The position numbers and the translations under genes were made by a program. 64,000 bases of DNA from an uncultured Clostridia bacterium (lineage in GTDB: Bacteria > Bacillota > Clostridia > Christensenellales > CAG-917): contig CAUUJG010000007.1 in the NCBI GenBank assembly GCA_963545485.1, positions 6,240 through 70,239 of the forward strand. The letters are read 5' to 3'. Under the pieces are notes generated by a model, which was given only the letters and a program-made list of their open reading frames with translations, ran no database searches and was not told the DNA's origin. Positions 53,967 through 64,000 of this stretch are shown here, in pieces. Within the stretch, counting starts at the first letter, position 1, and every line of letters starts with the position of its first letter.

Positions 53967-54581
53967 TCAAAATAATTTTTTTAGAAATGTCATTCTATGT
54001 ATAGGACAAGGTCCAAATTCTCTTATTGCAGCTATATGCTCGAATGTTCCGTATCCTTTATTTTTATCAAAGTGATATTGCGGATATTCTTTTGATAACT
54101 CACACATCAACCTATCTCTCGTTACTTTTGCAACAATAGATGCTGCTGCAATAGCATATGAAACACTATCTCCATGTACAATATCTCGAAAATTATATTT
54201 ACCACATTCGTATTCAGATGATAAATCAATATAATCAACTAAAATTAAATCCGGATTAATTGTAAGCCTTTCAATATTTTTTTTCATTGAATTTATTGTA
54301 CATTTCAAAATCCCATATTTATCAATATCAATATTTGAAATTCCTGTTGTCGATACATCTATTGCATTTTTCATTATTTCATCAAAAACGATTTCTCGCT
54401 TTTGGGATGTTAATTTTTTTGAATCATTCACACATTGAATGCACTGCTCATATGACATAATTATTGCTGTTGAAAATACCGGTCCTGCTAAACAGCCTCT
54501 ACCAACCTCATCAATACCACAAATCAGTGATCTGTTTTCTTTTTTAATAATGTTTAAATCAAAATCAAACAGTTTACTCAT
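53967..54581 (-). CDS. rnhB: Ribonuclease HII
   Basis: GIDEVGRGCLAGPV, DSKKLT, ...ASIVAKVTRD. 204 aa. Confidence 0.93.
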   Translation of the reverse strand: MSKLFDFDLNIIKKENRSLICGIDEVGRGCLAGPVFSTAIIMSYEQCIQCVNDSKKLTSQKREIVFDEIMKNAIDVSTTGISNIDIDKYGILKCTINSMKKNIERLTINPDLILVDYIDLSSEYECGKYNFRDIVHGDSVSYAIAAASIVAKVTRDRLMCELSKEYPQYHFDKNKGYGTFEHIAAIREFGPCPIHRMTFLKKLF

Positions 54582-55416
54582 CGTTAAATTTGTCCAGCAT
54601 TATTTTGCCAAGTTTACCTTGTCTAAAGTCTGTAATTATTCTTTTTGATGTTCTTAAGTAGTCAGTAATATTACCTTTTAATTTAAAGTTACATTTATCC
54701 GCAATTTGCTCTATTATTTTTTCAGTTTCACAACTGTCATTTATTATATTGTATCTTTCTTGAATATAACTAAAATACCTTTTTTTAATTTTATTAATAA
54801 AATCAAATGCAAGTTCCTCAATATCCAAAATATCATCATTTATGCTTCCAATGTATGCAAGATTATGTGCTGTATCGTCATCTTCAAATTTTCCCCATAA
54901 TGTTCCTGGAGTATCAAGTAAAGAAACTTCATCTAAATGTATCCATTGTACACCTCTGGTTACTCCAGGTTTGTTACCAGTTACTGTTTTAACTTTATTT
55001 GATACAGAGTTGATTACAGTTGATTTCCCACTATTAGGTATTCCTACTACCATTGCCTTAATTTGATATTTTATTCCTTTAGTTTTAGCTTTTTGTAACT
55101 TCTCATCATTAACTTCTTTTAACTTTAAAATAATATCTTTTGCCTTTACTTGAGTGCCCACACAAAAGAAATAATGCATATTATTTTTATTAAAATAACA
55201 TTCCCACTTTTTTAAATCAGCATCTTCTACAAGGTCACATTTATTTACTAAATATAAAACTTTTTTTGTTCTACAAATACTATTCAAAACCGGATTTAGA
55301 CACGATCTAACTGCTCTAGCATCCAAAATATATATGAGAGAATCGACCAAATTAACATGGTCCTTCATTGCTCGTACAGCCTTTGTCATATGTCCTGGAA
55401 ACCAATTAATGTTCAT
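54574..55416 (-). CDS. ylqF: Ribosome biogenesis GTPase A (YlqF/RbgA), circularly permuted GTPase
   Basis: INWFPGHMTKA, NKCDL preceding GIPNSGKST, DTPG. 280 aa. Confidence 0.9.
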   Translation of the reverse strand: MNINWFPGHMTKAVRAMKDHVNLVDSLIYILDARAVRSCLNPVLNSICRTKKVLYLVNKCDLVEDADLKKWECYFNKNNMHYFFCVGTQVKAKDIILKLKEVNDEKLQKAKTKGIKYQIKAMVVGIPNSGKSTVINSVSNKVKTVTGNKPGVTRGVQWIHLDEVSLLDTPGTLWGKFEDDDTAHNLAYIGSINDDILDIEELAFDFINKIKKRYFSYIQERYNIINDSCETEKIIEQIADKCNFKLKGNITDYLRTSKRIITDFRQGKLGKIMLDKFNDE

Positions 55417-56117
55417 TTTTTCGGTAAGTACTCTTCTACATTTTTATTATTCAAAAGATCCATTCTATATTTAAAAGTTTCTTCAAGACTTTTTTCAATT
55501 CTCCATTTATCAATTAATTTATGATTTCCACTTAATAAAACTTCAGGAACAGTTTGTCCATTAATTATTTGTGGCTTTGTATATTGAGGATACTCCAATA
55601 ATAATCCATTTGTAAAACTTTCACTTTTTAGCGAAGCTCCCGACCCAAGCACACCATCAATATATCTTCCCAACGTATTAATAAAAACGAATGCAGCTAC
55701 TTCTCCACCTGTTAAAATATAATCACCTATTGATATTATTTCGTCTATTTCAGTACTAACGATTCTCTCATCGATCCCTTCATAATTTACGCATATTAAA
55801 ATAAACTCATCAAGATCAAATGTTTCAATATAATTTTGAGATAAAGTATTCCCTTTTGGTGAGAACATAATTCTCTTCAATTTATGAGCAGAATCTATAT
55901 CATCAAGTGCATATTTAATAGGCTCATACTGCATCAACATACCTGCACCGCCACCAAAAGGAGTATCGTCAACCTTTTTATACTTATCGTTTGTATATTT
56001 TCTTATATCGATAATATTAAATGAAATCAGTTTATTATCTATAGCTTTTCCTAAAATACTATAGTTAAATATTTTAAAAAATTCGGGAAATATTGTAAGT
56101 ATATGAATTTTTGTCAA
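55413..56117 (-). CDS. trmD: tRNA (guanine37-N1)-methyltransferase TrmD
   Basis: ILTIFPEFF..., DDTPFGGGAGMLM, YEGIDERI, GDYILTGGE. 234 aa. Confidence 0.95.
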   Translation of the reverse strand: MTKIHILTIFPEFFKIFNYSILGKAIDNKLISFNIIDIRKYTNDKYKKVDDTPFGGGAGMLMQYEPIKYALDDIDSAHKLKRIMFSPKGNTLSQNYIETFDLDEFILICVNYEGIDERIVSTEIDEIISIGDYILTGGEVAAFVFINTLGRYIDGVLGSGASLKSESFTNGLLLEYPQYTKPQIINGQTVPEVLLSGNHKLIDKWRIEKSLEETFKYRMDLLNNKNVEEYLPKK

Positions 56118-56614
56118 TTTTCAACTCCAACTCTTTTAAATACATCTGAATCGAGTTTAATTAATTTATTTCTAAGATCTTTAGACAAAATTAATCCATC
56201 AACTACTGGTACATGAAAAGTACCTTTACCTTTAATCACATATATATATCTATCAGAATAATTATAAATGTCAATGAGACATCCAATTTCTTCATTAGAG
56301 ACTAAAACAGTGCATCCAAGTAAATCTACCACATAATTATATCCATCTGGCAGTTCTTTAAATTCTTCTCTATCTATACAAATTTCCATATCTTTTAAAG
56401 TTAAAGCTTTTTCTAGCGAATCAATCCCTTCAAGAGTTATATATACAAAACCTCCATATGGAACTGCTGATTTTTTTATATAAAAGATATTGCCTACAGA
56501 TATCTCTTTTGCTATAAGAATATTCCTATATTCTTTTGAGTAAATATCAACCTTTAGTTCACCTTTTAATCCCCTAGGTTTTAATATTCTCCCAATAGGA
56601 ATTAAATTATTCAC
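56114..56614 (-). CDS. rimM: 16S rRNA processing protein RimM
   Basis: IGRILKPRGLKGELKV..., PRC-barrel C-domain. 166 aa. rpsP-KH-rimM-trmD context. Confidence 0.9.
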   Translation of the reverse strand: MNNLIPIGRILKPRGLKGELKVDIYSKEYRNILIAKEISVGNIFYIKKSAVPYGGFVYITLEGIDSLEKALTLKDMEICIDREEFKELPDGYNYVVDLLGCTVLVSNEEIGCLIDIYNYSDRYIYVIKGKGTFHVPVVDGLILSKDLRNKLIKLDSDVFKRVGVEN

Positions 56615-56828
56615 GCTCTTTAATCGTTAATTTGTAATTACTTTTATCTTTAAAGTTTTTAGAACGCATAATTGTTCTTATAGCCTTCACAATCTTCCCT
56701 GACTTACCAATTATTGCTCCCATGCTATCTTTTTCAATATATACAATAATTTCATCTTCATTCTGATCGATTGTGAATTTTTCTTCTCCGATAAATTCGC
56801 CAACTAAAAATTTTATCAATTCAATCAT
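56607..56828 (-). CDS. khpA: KH-domain RNA-binding protein (YlqC/KhpA family)
   Basis: 73 aa. GAIIGKSGKIVKAIRTI (GxxG KH motif). Conserved position after rpsP. Confidence 0.85.
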   Translation of the reverse strand: MIELIKFLVGEFIGEEKFTIDQNEDEIIVYIEKDSMGAIIGKSGKIVKAIRTIMRSKNFKDKSNYKLTIKERE

Positions 56829-57070
56829 TATTTAATAATTCCTTGTTTCTTAAACAAACTCTTAACTGTTTCTGTAGGTTGTGCTCCTAATCCAAGCCAT
56901 TTCTGAGCAACTTCAGTATCAATTTGAACCATCTTAGGTTCTACAGTTGGATTGTAAATTCCAATTTGCTCAATATATTGACTATCTCTTGCCTTTCTGC
57001 TGTCAATAGCAACTATTCTATAAAAAGGTGCTTTCTTTGAACCCATTCTTGTTAATCTTAGCTTTACCAT
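56828..57070 (-). CDS. rpsP: 30S ribosomal protein S16
   Basis: [25 protein letters not shown]...YNP. 80 aa. Confidence 0.96.
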   Translation of the reverse strand: MVKLRLTRMGSKKAPFYRIVAIDSRKARDSQYIEQIGIYNPTVEPKMVQIDTEVAQKWLGLGAQPTETVKSLFKKQGIIK

Positions 57071-57107
57071 ATAAATTATCCTCCATTTTATATATACTTT
57101 TAATTTA

Positions 57108-58436
57108 TCAAAAAGGATTCATCATCCCTCTTAATCCTTTTCCGTTCGCCATTTTACTCATCATTTCTTTAGATGCTAAAAACTGTTTTAATAGGTGATT
57201 TACATCCTGAATATTTGTTCCACTCCCATTTGCAATTCTTTTTTTTCTATTTGATTTAACTATTTCTGGATTTTTTCTTTCTTTCTTTGTCATAGACTGA
57301 ATTATCGCTTTTGTTTTTTTAATTTCATCTTCACTTATATTTGGCATTGCACCATTTAATTTTTTTTGTAACCCTGGTATAAGCTTTATAATATTTGTTA
57401 TTCCACCCATTTTTTTAACTGAATCTAACTGTTTTAAATAGTCATCCAAAGTAAAACTATTATCCTTCATTTTCTGTCTTAAACTTTTTGCTTCATCTTC
57501 TGTTATTGCTTCTTGTGCTTTTTCTATTAATGTAAGCACATCACCCATTCCAAGAATTCGTGATGCCATTCTATCTGGATGAAATGGCTCTAAATCTTCT
57601 ATTTTTTCACCGGTTCCAATAAGCTTAATTGGTTTACCACTAATTGCTTTAATAGATAGTGCTGCTCCACCTCTTGTATCACCATCTAGTTTTGTAATAA
57701 TAACACCCGTGATATCTAATTGATCATTAAATGCCTTAGCAACATTAACCGCATCTTGTCCAGTCATCGCATCAACTGTAAGCAATATTTCTTGAATATC
57801 AATTGCCTTTTTGATTTCAGAAAGTTCCTTCATTAGATCAGCGTCAATATGCAATCTTCCAGCAGTATCTAAAATTACTACATCAAATTGATTTTTTTCT
57901 GCATACTTTAATGATTCCTTTACTATTTTTAACGGTGCAATTTTACCTTTCTGGAAAACCTCAACATTTGCTTTTTTACCTACAATTTCTAATTGTTCTA
58001 TAGCTGCAGGTCTATATATATCACAAGCTACTAATAATACTTTCTTATTTTGCTTTGTGAGGTACTTTGCAAGTTTACCACACATTGTTGTTTTTCCAGC
58101 CCCTTGAAGTCCACACATCATATAGACCGAAATAGGTTTACTGGAAAATGTTAACTTTTGATCATTAGAACTCATTAAAGCAATCAATTCTTCATTAACT
58201 ATTTTGATAATCTGTTGTACTGGAGTTAATGATTTTAAGATATCTTCACCAACAGCTTTTTGAGATACTATATTTATAAAATCTTTAACAACAGCATAAT
58301 TAACATCAGCCTCAAGTAATGCAACTCTTATTTCTCTCATTGCATTTTTAATCTCAAGTTCTGTTAGCTTCCCTTTATTCCTAAGCTTTGAAAAAATATG
58401 ATTAATTCTATCACTTAAGTTTTCAAATACCGACAT
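57108..58436 (-). CDS. ffh: Signal recognition particle protein Ffh
   Basis: [10 protein letters not shown]..., [20 protein letters not shown], Met-rich M-domain. 442 aa. Confidence 0.96.
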   Translation of the reverse strand: MSVFENLSDRINHIFSKLRNKGKLTELEIKNAMREIRVALLEADVNYAVVKDFINIVSQKAVGEDILKSLTPVQQIIKIVNEELIALMSSNDQKLTFSSKPISVYMMCGLQGAGKTTMCGKLAKYLTKQNKKVLLVACDIYRPAAIEQLEIVGKKANVEVFQKGKIAPLKIVKESLKYAEKNQFDVVILDTAGRLHIDADLMKELSEIKKAIDIQEILLTVDAMTGQDAVNVAKAFNDQLDITGVIITKLDGDTRGGAALSIKAISGKPIKLIGTGEKIEDLEPFHPDRMASRILGMGDVLTLIEKAQEAITEDEAKSLRQKMKDNSFTLDDYLKQLDSVKKMGGITNIIKLIPGLQKKLNGAMPNISEDEIKKTKAIIQSMTKKERKNPEIVKSNRKKRIANGSGTNIQDVNHLLKQFLASKEMMSKMANGKGLRGMMNPF

Positions 58437-58747
58437 TAATTCTCCAATATTTTTTTAATACTTTTTAAACATTTCACAGTGTCCATATCACCTTTTATAC
58501 CCTGTGTAACAATATTATCAATTTTATAAAATATTTCACGCATATTTAAGGCTTTTTCAAATTTTATTAATGATGATTCTGCCTTATTAACTGCATTAAG
58601 CACTGCGGCTCTACTAATATTGTACATCTGACTTATTTCACCAAATGACAAATCTTCACCATAATGTAACGACAACATTTCATTCTGATGTTCAGTTAAT
58701 AAATTACCGTATATACCGTGTAGTTCATTAATATAAAACCTATCCAA
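58436..58747 (-). CDS. ylxM: YlxM (UPF0122) putative HTH protein of the ffh operon
   Basis: LTEHQNEMLSLHYGEDLSFGEISQMYNISRAAV (sigma-70 region-4-like HTH). 103 aa. TTG start with GAGG RBS. Confidence 0.85.
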   Translation of the reverse strand: MDRFYINELHGIYGNLLTEHQNEMLSLHYGEDLSFGEISQMYNISRAAVLNAVNKAESSLIKFEKALNMREIFYKIDNIVTQGIKGDMDTVKCLKSIKKILEN

Positions 58748-58772
58748 GTGTCAACCTCAAATGCTTTACACT

Positions 58773-58801
58773 ATTGTATGTGACTTAAAAAAATTTGTCA
58801 A
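58773..58801 (-). promoter_or_regulatory. Promoter of ylxM-ffh
   Basis: TTGACA (58801-796), 17 nt, TACAAT (58778-773). Confidence 0.6.
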
Positions 58802-58805
58802 AAAA

Positions 58806-59702
58806 TTAATCAAAAATTGCGTCAACAAATTCTTTAGGTGAAAATGGAATTAAATCATCAACCCCTTCACCAACTCCGGCATAAACAACTGGTAGGTTAA
58901 TTTCATATCCTAGTGCAATTACAACTCCGCCTTTAGCTGTACCATCAAGTTTAGTTAAAATGATACCATCAGCCTCAATTACTTCTCTAAATGTCTTTGC
59001 CTGTTGTAATGCATTCTGACCAGTTGTAGCATCTAACACAAAATATGTTCTTACATCTGCTTGAGGAAACTCACGATTGGTTACTCTATATATTTTATTT
59101 AGTTCATCCATGAGATTTTTCTTATTATGTAATCGACCGGCTGTATCAACTAAAATTACATCTGTTTTTTTTGCTTTAGCAGAAGTTATTGCATCAAATA
59201 CAACTGCAGCAGGATCAGCTCCCTCTTTTTGTCTAATGACTTTAACGCCAGAACGATCCCCCCATTCTTGTAGCTGTTCTGAGGCTGCCGCTCTAAATGT
59301 ATCCGCAGCTGCAATGAGAACTGACTTGCCGTTATCTTTAAACATTTTTGCTAACTTACCAACTGATGTGGTTTTACCTACTCCATTTACTCCAGCTATC
59401 AACATCACCAAAGGATAACTATACTCTGATATCTCAAAATCTATTTCATCTAAAACAAGCTCTTTTAAACAGTCTTTTGCTCCCTCTACACTTGTTATCT
59501 TTCTTTTAAAACATTCTGCCTTAAGATCTTCAATGAGCTTTTCAGTTATTCCTATTCCTGCATCAGATGTTATTAATGCTTCTTCTAAACCATCATAAAA
59601 TTCATCATTAAGTTTTCTTGCTTTAAAAGCAAAGAAAAGTTTTTTTGCAAACTTTTCATTTGTTTTTTTTAGGCCTTCTTTTATTTTAGAAAAAAATCCC
59701 AT
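58806..59702 (-). CDS. ftsY: Signal recognition particle receptor FtsY (short form)
   Basis: GVNGVGKTTS, DTAGRLHNK, TKLDGTAKGG. 298 aa. Confidence 0.95.
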   Translation of the reverse strand: MGFFSKIKEGLKKTNEKFAKKLFFAFKARKLNDEFYDGLEEALITSDAGIGITEKLIEDLKAECFKRKITSVEGAKDCLKELVLDEIDFEISEYSYPLVMLIAGVNGVGKTTSVGKLAKMFKDNGKSVLIAAADTFRAAASEQLQEWGDRSGVKVIRQKEGADPAAVVFDAITSAKAKKTDVILVDTAGRLHNKKNLMDELNKIYRVTNREFPQADVRTYFVLDATTGQNALQQAKTFREVIEADGIILTKLDGTAKGGVVIALGYEINLPVVYAGVGEGVDDLIPFSPKEFVDAIFD

Positions 59703-62700
59703 TTATGCTTCTTTAGTCATCTTAACTGCATCTTCAAGTTCAATTGAAACCAGTTTAGATACCCCTTTTTCTTGCATTGTTACACCATAAATTGAATTAG
59801 CACACTGCATAGCCTGTCTTCTATGTGTAATAACAATAAATTGTGAACCACTAACTGCATATTTATTTATAAACTGTGCAAAAAGATCACCATTTGGTTC
59901 ATCCAACGCCGCATCGGCTTCATCTAGTAAACAAAATGGCATTGGCTTCAATGAAATGAACGAGAACAACAATGCAATAGAAATCAAAGTTTGTTCTCCT
60001 CCGGAATATAATCCGATATCCATTTCTTTCTTTCCAGGTGGTTTAGCTTTAATAATAATATCGGCTAATAACGGATCATCTGTTTTTGAATAATCAAGTT
60101 CAAGATCTCCCTTTCCACCGAGGAAAAGTCCTTCAAATGTTTTCTGATAATTTTCTCTTATCTTATTAAATGACTCTAAGAACTTATTACGCATCTTTGC
60201 TGTCAGCTCGGCAATTAATGACTGTATATCATTACATGCAGCAACAACATCATCACGCTTTACTGATAAGTCTCTGTATTTTGCTTCAACTTCGGCTAAC
60301 TCAAGTATAGCTAAATCATTTACATCTCCGAGTCTTGATTTTTTTGCCTTTAATTCTTTAATTCTTTCTTTTGCACCATATGACTCAAATCCTTCAACTT
60401 TAAACTGCAATGCCCCATCGTATGTTAAATCATATGTGTCAATGACATATGTCCTCATTTCATTGAGTTCTTCTAAATATTTATCAAGTGCCGTTTCTTC
60501 TCTATATTTATTTTCATTCAGGTGACTTCTTTCATCTACAATCAAATCTTTTCTATTCTGAATTTTGTCCATTTCTCCTCTGACAAATTCTTTTCTTAAT
60601 TCAATTGTTTTCCTTTGAAGTTCAAGATCTTCAACTATTTTTCTATCACCACCAACTACTTTGATATTGCCTGTTTTTTCCTCAACTTCCTCAATTATTT
60701 TTTTGTAGTTGTTTAAGTCATCATTTCTACTATTTATATCTCTATTTACATTTGCATTTTCTACTTCTAGCCTATCTAAATCTTGCGTTAATGAGGCAAC
60801 AATTTGACGTAATGTAGCTGTTTCAACTTTAAGATTCATAACTTCAGTTTCAAGTACTGTAATCTCATCATTTTGCTGACTCTCTGCAGTAATTTTTGAT
60901 GCTTCATCATATTCAAGTTTCTTCTTAATTACAAATTCTTCAAGTCGCCTCTGTTCCTCAAGCTTTGGTTGTAAGTCTTTTGCACCATATGTTAATAGGC
61001 TTAGCTCTTCTTGTGCTTTTTGAATAATATTTTCTAATTCTTCTTTTTGCTGTACTAATAATGTCATCGTATTTTCAGCAGCAAGTTCTTTCTCTCTATA
61101 TGAAAGCATTGAATTCTTTCTTTCTTCAAGAACAGCAGCAAGATCATTAACTTCAATTTGTTTTCTTTTTATTTCATTCTGAGTTTCCTCAAGTGCAATT
61201 TTAGTCTGTTCTATGGTCTTTTTAGCATCATCAATTTCTTTTTGTTGTGAGAATATTTTAGAAGACTGACTCTTATTGAAACCACCCGTTATTTCACCGC
61301 CTCTAGAGAAAATATCTCCATCAAGGGTAGCAATTTTAAATGCTTGTCTATATTGCATGAATAGCTGTTTACCTGTCTCAGCATTATCAACTATCAATGT
61401 ATTGCCTAATAAAAATTCAACAAGATTTTTAAATTTAGGATCACATTCAACGAGTTCCGATGCAATTCCTATTACACCATATTCTTTTTTTGCAGCAATG
61501 ATTTCTCCGGATCTCACTTTAACATTTGTAGTTGATAATGGTCTGAATGTTACTCTACCATATCTTTTTTCTTTCAAATAATTAATTAGGAATGTGGCAT
61601 CATCTGCAGTTGGAACTACAACATGTTGATATGCACCTCCTACACTGTATTCAACAGCTGTTGAATATTTTGTAGGTACTTTAATTAAATCAACAAGTGT
61701 TCCAAACAATTTTCCTTTAATTTGTGGTAAATCCTTGTCTTGTAACAATAATCTAGTAGCTTCATTGAAAATAGATAATCTTGATTTATTGTCACTCAAA
61801 ACCTCATACTTTGTTCTCTGAGATGACATAACATTATTCAATTCAGCAATCTCATTACGTAAATCTTCGATTTCCTGTTTTAATTTTTTTCTATTTTCTT
61901 CAACTTGATTATATGCATTTGATTCATCAATTTTTAAATTGTAATATTTCTTTTTTTCTTTATCTGATGTATCTATCTCAACAAGTAAATTAGCAAATTT
62001 TTCTTTGTTATCTGTCAAAAAATTATTTAAATCGTTAACTTTAGATTCATTAACAGCTTTTATTGTTTTAACACCCTGAAGTTCTTCATCCAATTTACCT
62101 TTCTTTTCAATTGCTTCAATATATTCTTTATGTAATTGTTGGAGCTTTGAGTTTCTCTCACCACTTGTTTTAACAATTATTTCGTACTTGGAATTTTTCT
62201 CATTATATATTGCAGACTTATTATTTAATTCATCATTTTTTAACTTAAATTCCGCTTTCTTTTCTTCAAGTTCTTTGGCAAGTTTTTCTTTCTTTTCATT
62301 AAGTATTTCCAACTCACTATTTATTCTTTCAATGTTCGTATTGCAATCTTGCATCTTTTGTTTCAATGTATTTATTTGTCCGGTATCTGTTGCATTCTGA
62401 ACCATTACTTCTGTTATCTGTGTAGATACTGCCGTTAATTCCTTTTCAAGTCTATTAATTTCATTTCTATATTCATCATTTTGTGCTGAAATTTTATTCA
62501 TCTCATCATCAAGAGCAACGATCTCAAGTGTTGCTTTGTTGATTTTCTTTTCAAATTTCTGTTTTGTCTCTTGCATGCTATCTGATTTTGAAATAAACAA
62601 ATTAAGTTCCTGCTCTTTAATTTGTGCTTTAAGCTCATCGCTCTTTCTTGTTTTCTCAGCTTGCTTTCTCAAAGGTTCAAGTCTTGACTCATAATCAAGA

Positions 62701-63299
62701 ATCATGTCGTTCATTGACTCAAGTTTATATTGAGTATCTTTTAATTTTTCTTCTGCCTGAACTTTATCAGTTCTATAATTTGAAATATCTGCTGCTTCTT
62801 CAAAAAGAATACGTCTTTCTTGTGCCTTTGCTCTACATATTTCAGAAACTTTTCCTTGGTGAATTATTGAATAACCATTTTTTCCAATACCAGTATTTTG
62901 CAACATAGCATTGATATCTTTTTGTAAACATTTCATATTATTAATAAAATATTCACTAGTCCCAGACTTATCAATTTTCCTGGTTATCACTACTTCATCA
63001 TAGTTTAAACCTTTAAATAAATCTTTTTTTGTGTTATCAAAATATAGTGATACCTCTGCATATGACATGCTTGGTCTTTTTTCTGTACCTTTAAAAATAA
63101 CATCTGTCATTTTTCCCGTTGAACGTACTTCTCTAGGTCTTGATTCCGCCAATGTCCACTTTATCGCATCAGATACATTTGATTTTCCACATCCATTAGG
63201 TCCGACTATTGCTGTATAGTTATCATTGAAAACAATTTCTGTTCTATCAGCAAATGACTTAAAACCCTTAATTACAAGTTTATTTAATCTCATGTTCAC
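59703..63299 (-). CDS. smc: Chromosome partition protein Smc
   Basis: GFKSF...GPNGCGKSN N-terminus, long coiled coils with a hinge, C-terminal YSGGEQTLISIALLF...LDEADAALD. 1198 aa. Confidence 0.96.
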   Translation of the reverse strand: MNMRLNKLVIKGFKSFADRTEIVFNDNYTAIVGPNGCGKSNVSDAIKWTLAESRPREVRSTGKMTDVIFKGTEKRPSMSYAEVSLYFDNTKKDLFKGLNYDEVVITRKIDKSGTSEYFINNMKCLQKDINAMLQNTGIGKNGYSIIHQGKVSEICRAKAQERRILFEEAADISNYRTDKVQAEEKLKDTQYKLESMNDMILDYESRLEPLRKQAEKTRKSDELKAQIKEQELNLFISKSDSMQETKQKFEKKINKATLEIVALDDEMNKISAQNDEYRNEINRLEKELTAVSTQITEVMVQNATDTGQINTLKQKMQDCNTNIERINSELEILNEKKEKLAKELEEKKAEFKLKNDELNNKSAIYNEKNSKYEIIVKTSGERNSKLQQLHKEYIEAIEKKGKLDEELQGVKTIKAVNESKVNDLNNFLTDNKEKFANLLVEIDTSDKEKKKYYNLKIDESNAYNQVEENRKKLKQEIEDLRNEIAELNNVMSSQRTKYEVLSDNKSRLSIFNEATRLLLQDKDLPQIKGKLFGTLVDLIKVPTKYSTAVEYSVGGAYQHVVVPTADDATFLINYLKEKRYGRVTFRPLSTTNVKVRSGEIIAAKKEYGVIGIASELVECDPKFKNLVEFLLGNTLIVDNAETGKQLFMQYRQAFKIATLDGDIFSRGGEITGGFNKSQSSKIFSQQKEIDDAKKTIEQTKIALEETQNEIKRKQIEVNDLAAVLEERKNSMLSYREKELAAENTMTLLVQQKEELENIIQKAQEELSLLTYGAKDLQPKLEEQRRLEEFVIKKKLEYDEASKITAESQQNDEITVLETEVMNLKVETATLRQIVASLTQDLDRLEVENANVNRDINSRNDDLNNYKKIIEEVEEKTGNIKVVGGDRKIVEDLELQRKTIELRKEFVRGEMDKIQNRKDLIVDERSHLNENKYREETALDKYLEELNEMRTYVIDTYDLTYDGALQFKVEGFESYGAKERIKELKAKKSRLGDVNDLAILELAEVEAKYRDLSVKRDDVVAACNDIQSLIAELTAKMRNKFLESFNKIRENYQKTFEGLFLGGKGDLELDYSKTDDPLLADIIIKAKPPGKKEMDIGLYSGGEQTLISIALLFSFISLKPMPFCLLDEADAALDEPNGDLFAQFINKYAVSGSQFIVITHRRQAMQCANSIYGVTMQEKGVSKLVSIELEDAVKMTKEA

Positions 63300-63978
63300 C
63301 TTCCAAAATTAAATTATAATAAAAATTCTTACATGCCTCTTCTTCAGCTTTTTTCTTTGAATGACCTTCGCCACTAATTGATATATCATTTATTATCAAT
63401 GTCGTTTTAAATGTACCAACATCAAGTTGTGTATCAATCATTTCACACTTGAATTTATTTTTTTGACAATACTCGTTTATTTCTGCTCTATAACTTTCTG
63501 GAACGACTTCATTGTCTTCAATTTCTAATTCATGACTTAAGAGCGTTCCAACAACAAATTTATAAACAACATTAATATTTGAAGAATCTTTATAAATTGC
63601 CGCAACAAGTGCTTCATATATATCGGCAAAAATCTTCTCAGACTTTTCGAGGTCAAAAGAATTGTTTTTTATTAAATACTTCTCTAATTCAAGCTTTTTT
63701 GCAGCCCTAGCCAAATTTTTGTTACTCACATGCTTTTGTCTTAATTTAGTAAGTTCACCAGAATTTTTATTCGGTTGCAAACCAAACTCAACATCTGAAA
63801 CAATGAAATTTAAAAGTGCATCGCCAAGAAATTCCAACCTATCGTATGTTAGAATCTTACTGCTTGCTACTTTAATTGAAGGATGAGTAAATGCAACTGT
63901 TAAAAGTTTATCATTTCTAAATTTATAGTTGATCTTCTCATACAATGCACTATAATCCATATTCAATAATTCCTTCAT
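63280..63978 (-). CDS. rnc: Ribonuclease III
   Basis: Signature ERLEFLGDALL and a C-terminal dsRBD (GEGHSKKKAEEEA). 232 aa. The start could be the internal ATG at 63960. Confidence 0.93.
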   Translation of the reverse strand: MKELLNMDYSALYEKINYKFRNDKLLTVAFTHPSIKVASSKILTYDRLEFLGDALLNFIVSDVEFGLQPNKNSGELTKLRQKHVSNKNLARAAKKLELEKYLIKNNSFDLEKSEKIFADIYEALVAAIYKDSSNINVVYKFVVGTLLSHELEIEDNEVVPESYRAEINEYCQKNKFKCEMIDTQLDVGTFKTTLIINDISISGEGHSKKKAEEEACKNFYYNLILEGEHEIK

Positions 63979-64000
63979 GGATTTTGTTACACAATTCTAC

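Noticed and set aside
63950-64000. Open - strand frame reaching the right edge (…VELCNKIHEGIIEYGL*), possibly the 3' end of the gene upstream of rnc
   Set aside because: Only 16 codons are visible and no motif is recognisable, so I cannot support a call.

Overview
This is an AT-rich chromosomal segment (roughly 30% GC by eye) that looks Bacillota- or Mycoplasmatota-like. It uses the standard genetic code, since TGA acts as a stop (for example at the end of pheT). Most of it is tightly packed housekeeping genes.

Left arm (+ strand, 1-10.9 kb): pheT (3' end), cysteine desulfurase, thiI, miaB, mutS, mutL, miaA and a ynbB-like gene, mostly joined by overlapping or abutting start/stop codons.

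Right part (20.8-64 kb, 35 of 39 CDS on the - strand): recN-argR-nadK and thrS, then a GH2 lacZ translationally coupled to the end of a dnaG-rpoD-trmK-nif3-zinc-ribbon operon. It also holds ppdK, dusB, mazG, rho, prs, hemW-lepA and the classical rnc-smc-ftsY-ylxM-ffh-rpsP-KH-rimM-trmD-ylqF-rnhB block, with rplS displaced and carrying its own promoter.

RNA features: tRNA-Thr(CGU), tRNA-Ser(GGA) and a preQ1-I riboswitch in front of queT. I saw no rRNA, CRISPR array, transposase or prophage.

The part worth a second look is the strand-switch zone at 10.9-19.4 kb:
- Two paralogous ~135-nt GC-enriched RNA genes that I cannot classify. Each has a near-consensus promoter and an intrinsic terminator. 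They share a 46/48-identical 3' module but have diverged 5' bodies, with compensatory changes in one hairpin. They bracket a gene fusing an ORF6N DNA-binding domain to a variant HKD/PLD-like domain.
- A perfect 15-bp-arm palindrome around a 6-bp spacer, laid out like a recombinase core site (dif-like).
- corA with a leader that sequesters its Shine-Dalgarno sequence.
- An AbiEi antitoxin gene with no AbiEii toxin partner, preceded by an array of TTATGCT/AGCATAA operator-like repeats.
- tRNA-Thr starting 1 nt after a PAP2 gene's stop codon.
- A trio of membrane-anchored proteins of unknown function.

All functional calls come from motif recognition in the translations and reading the DNA by eye. 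No database search was possible.
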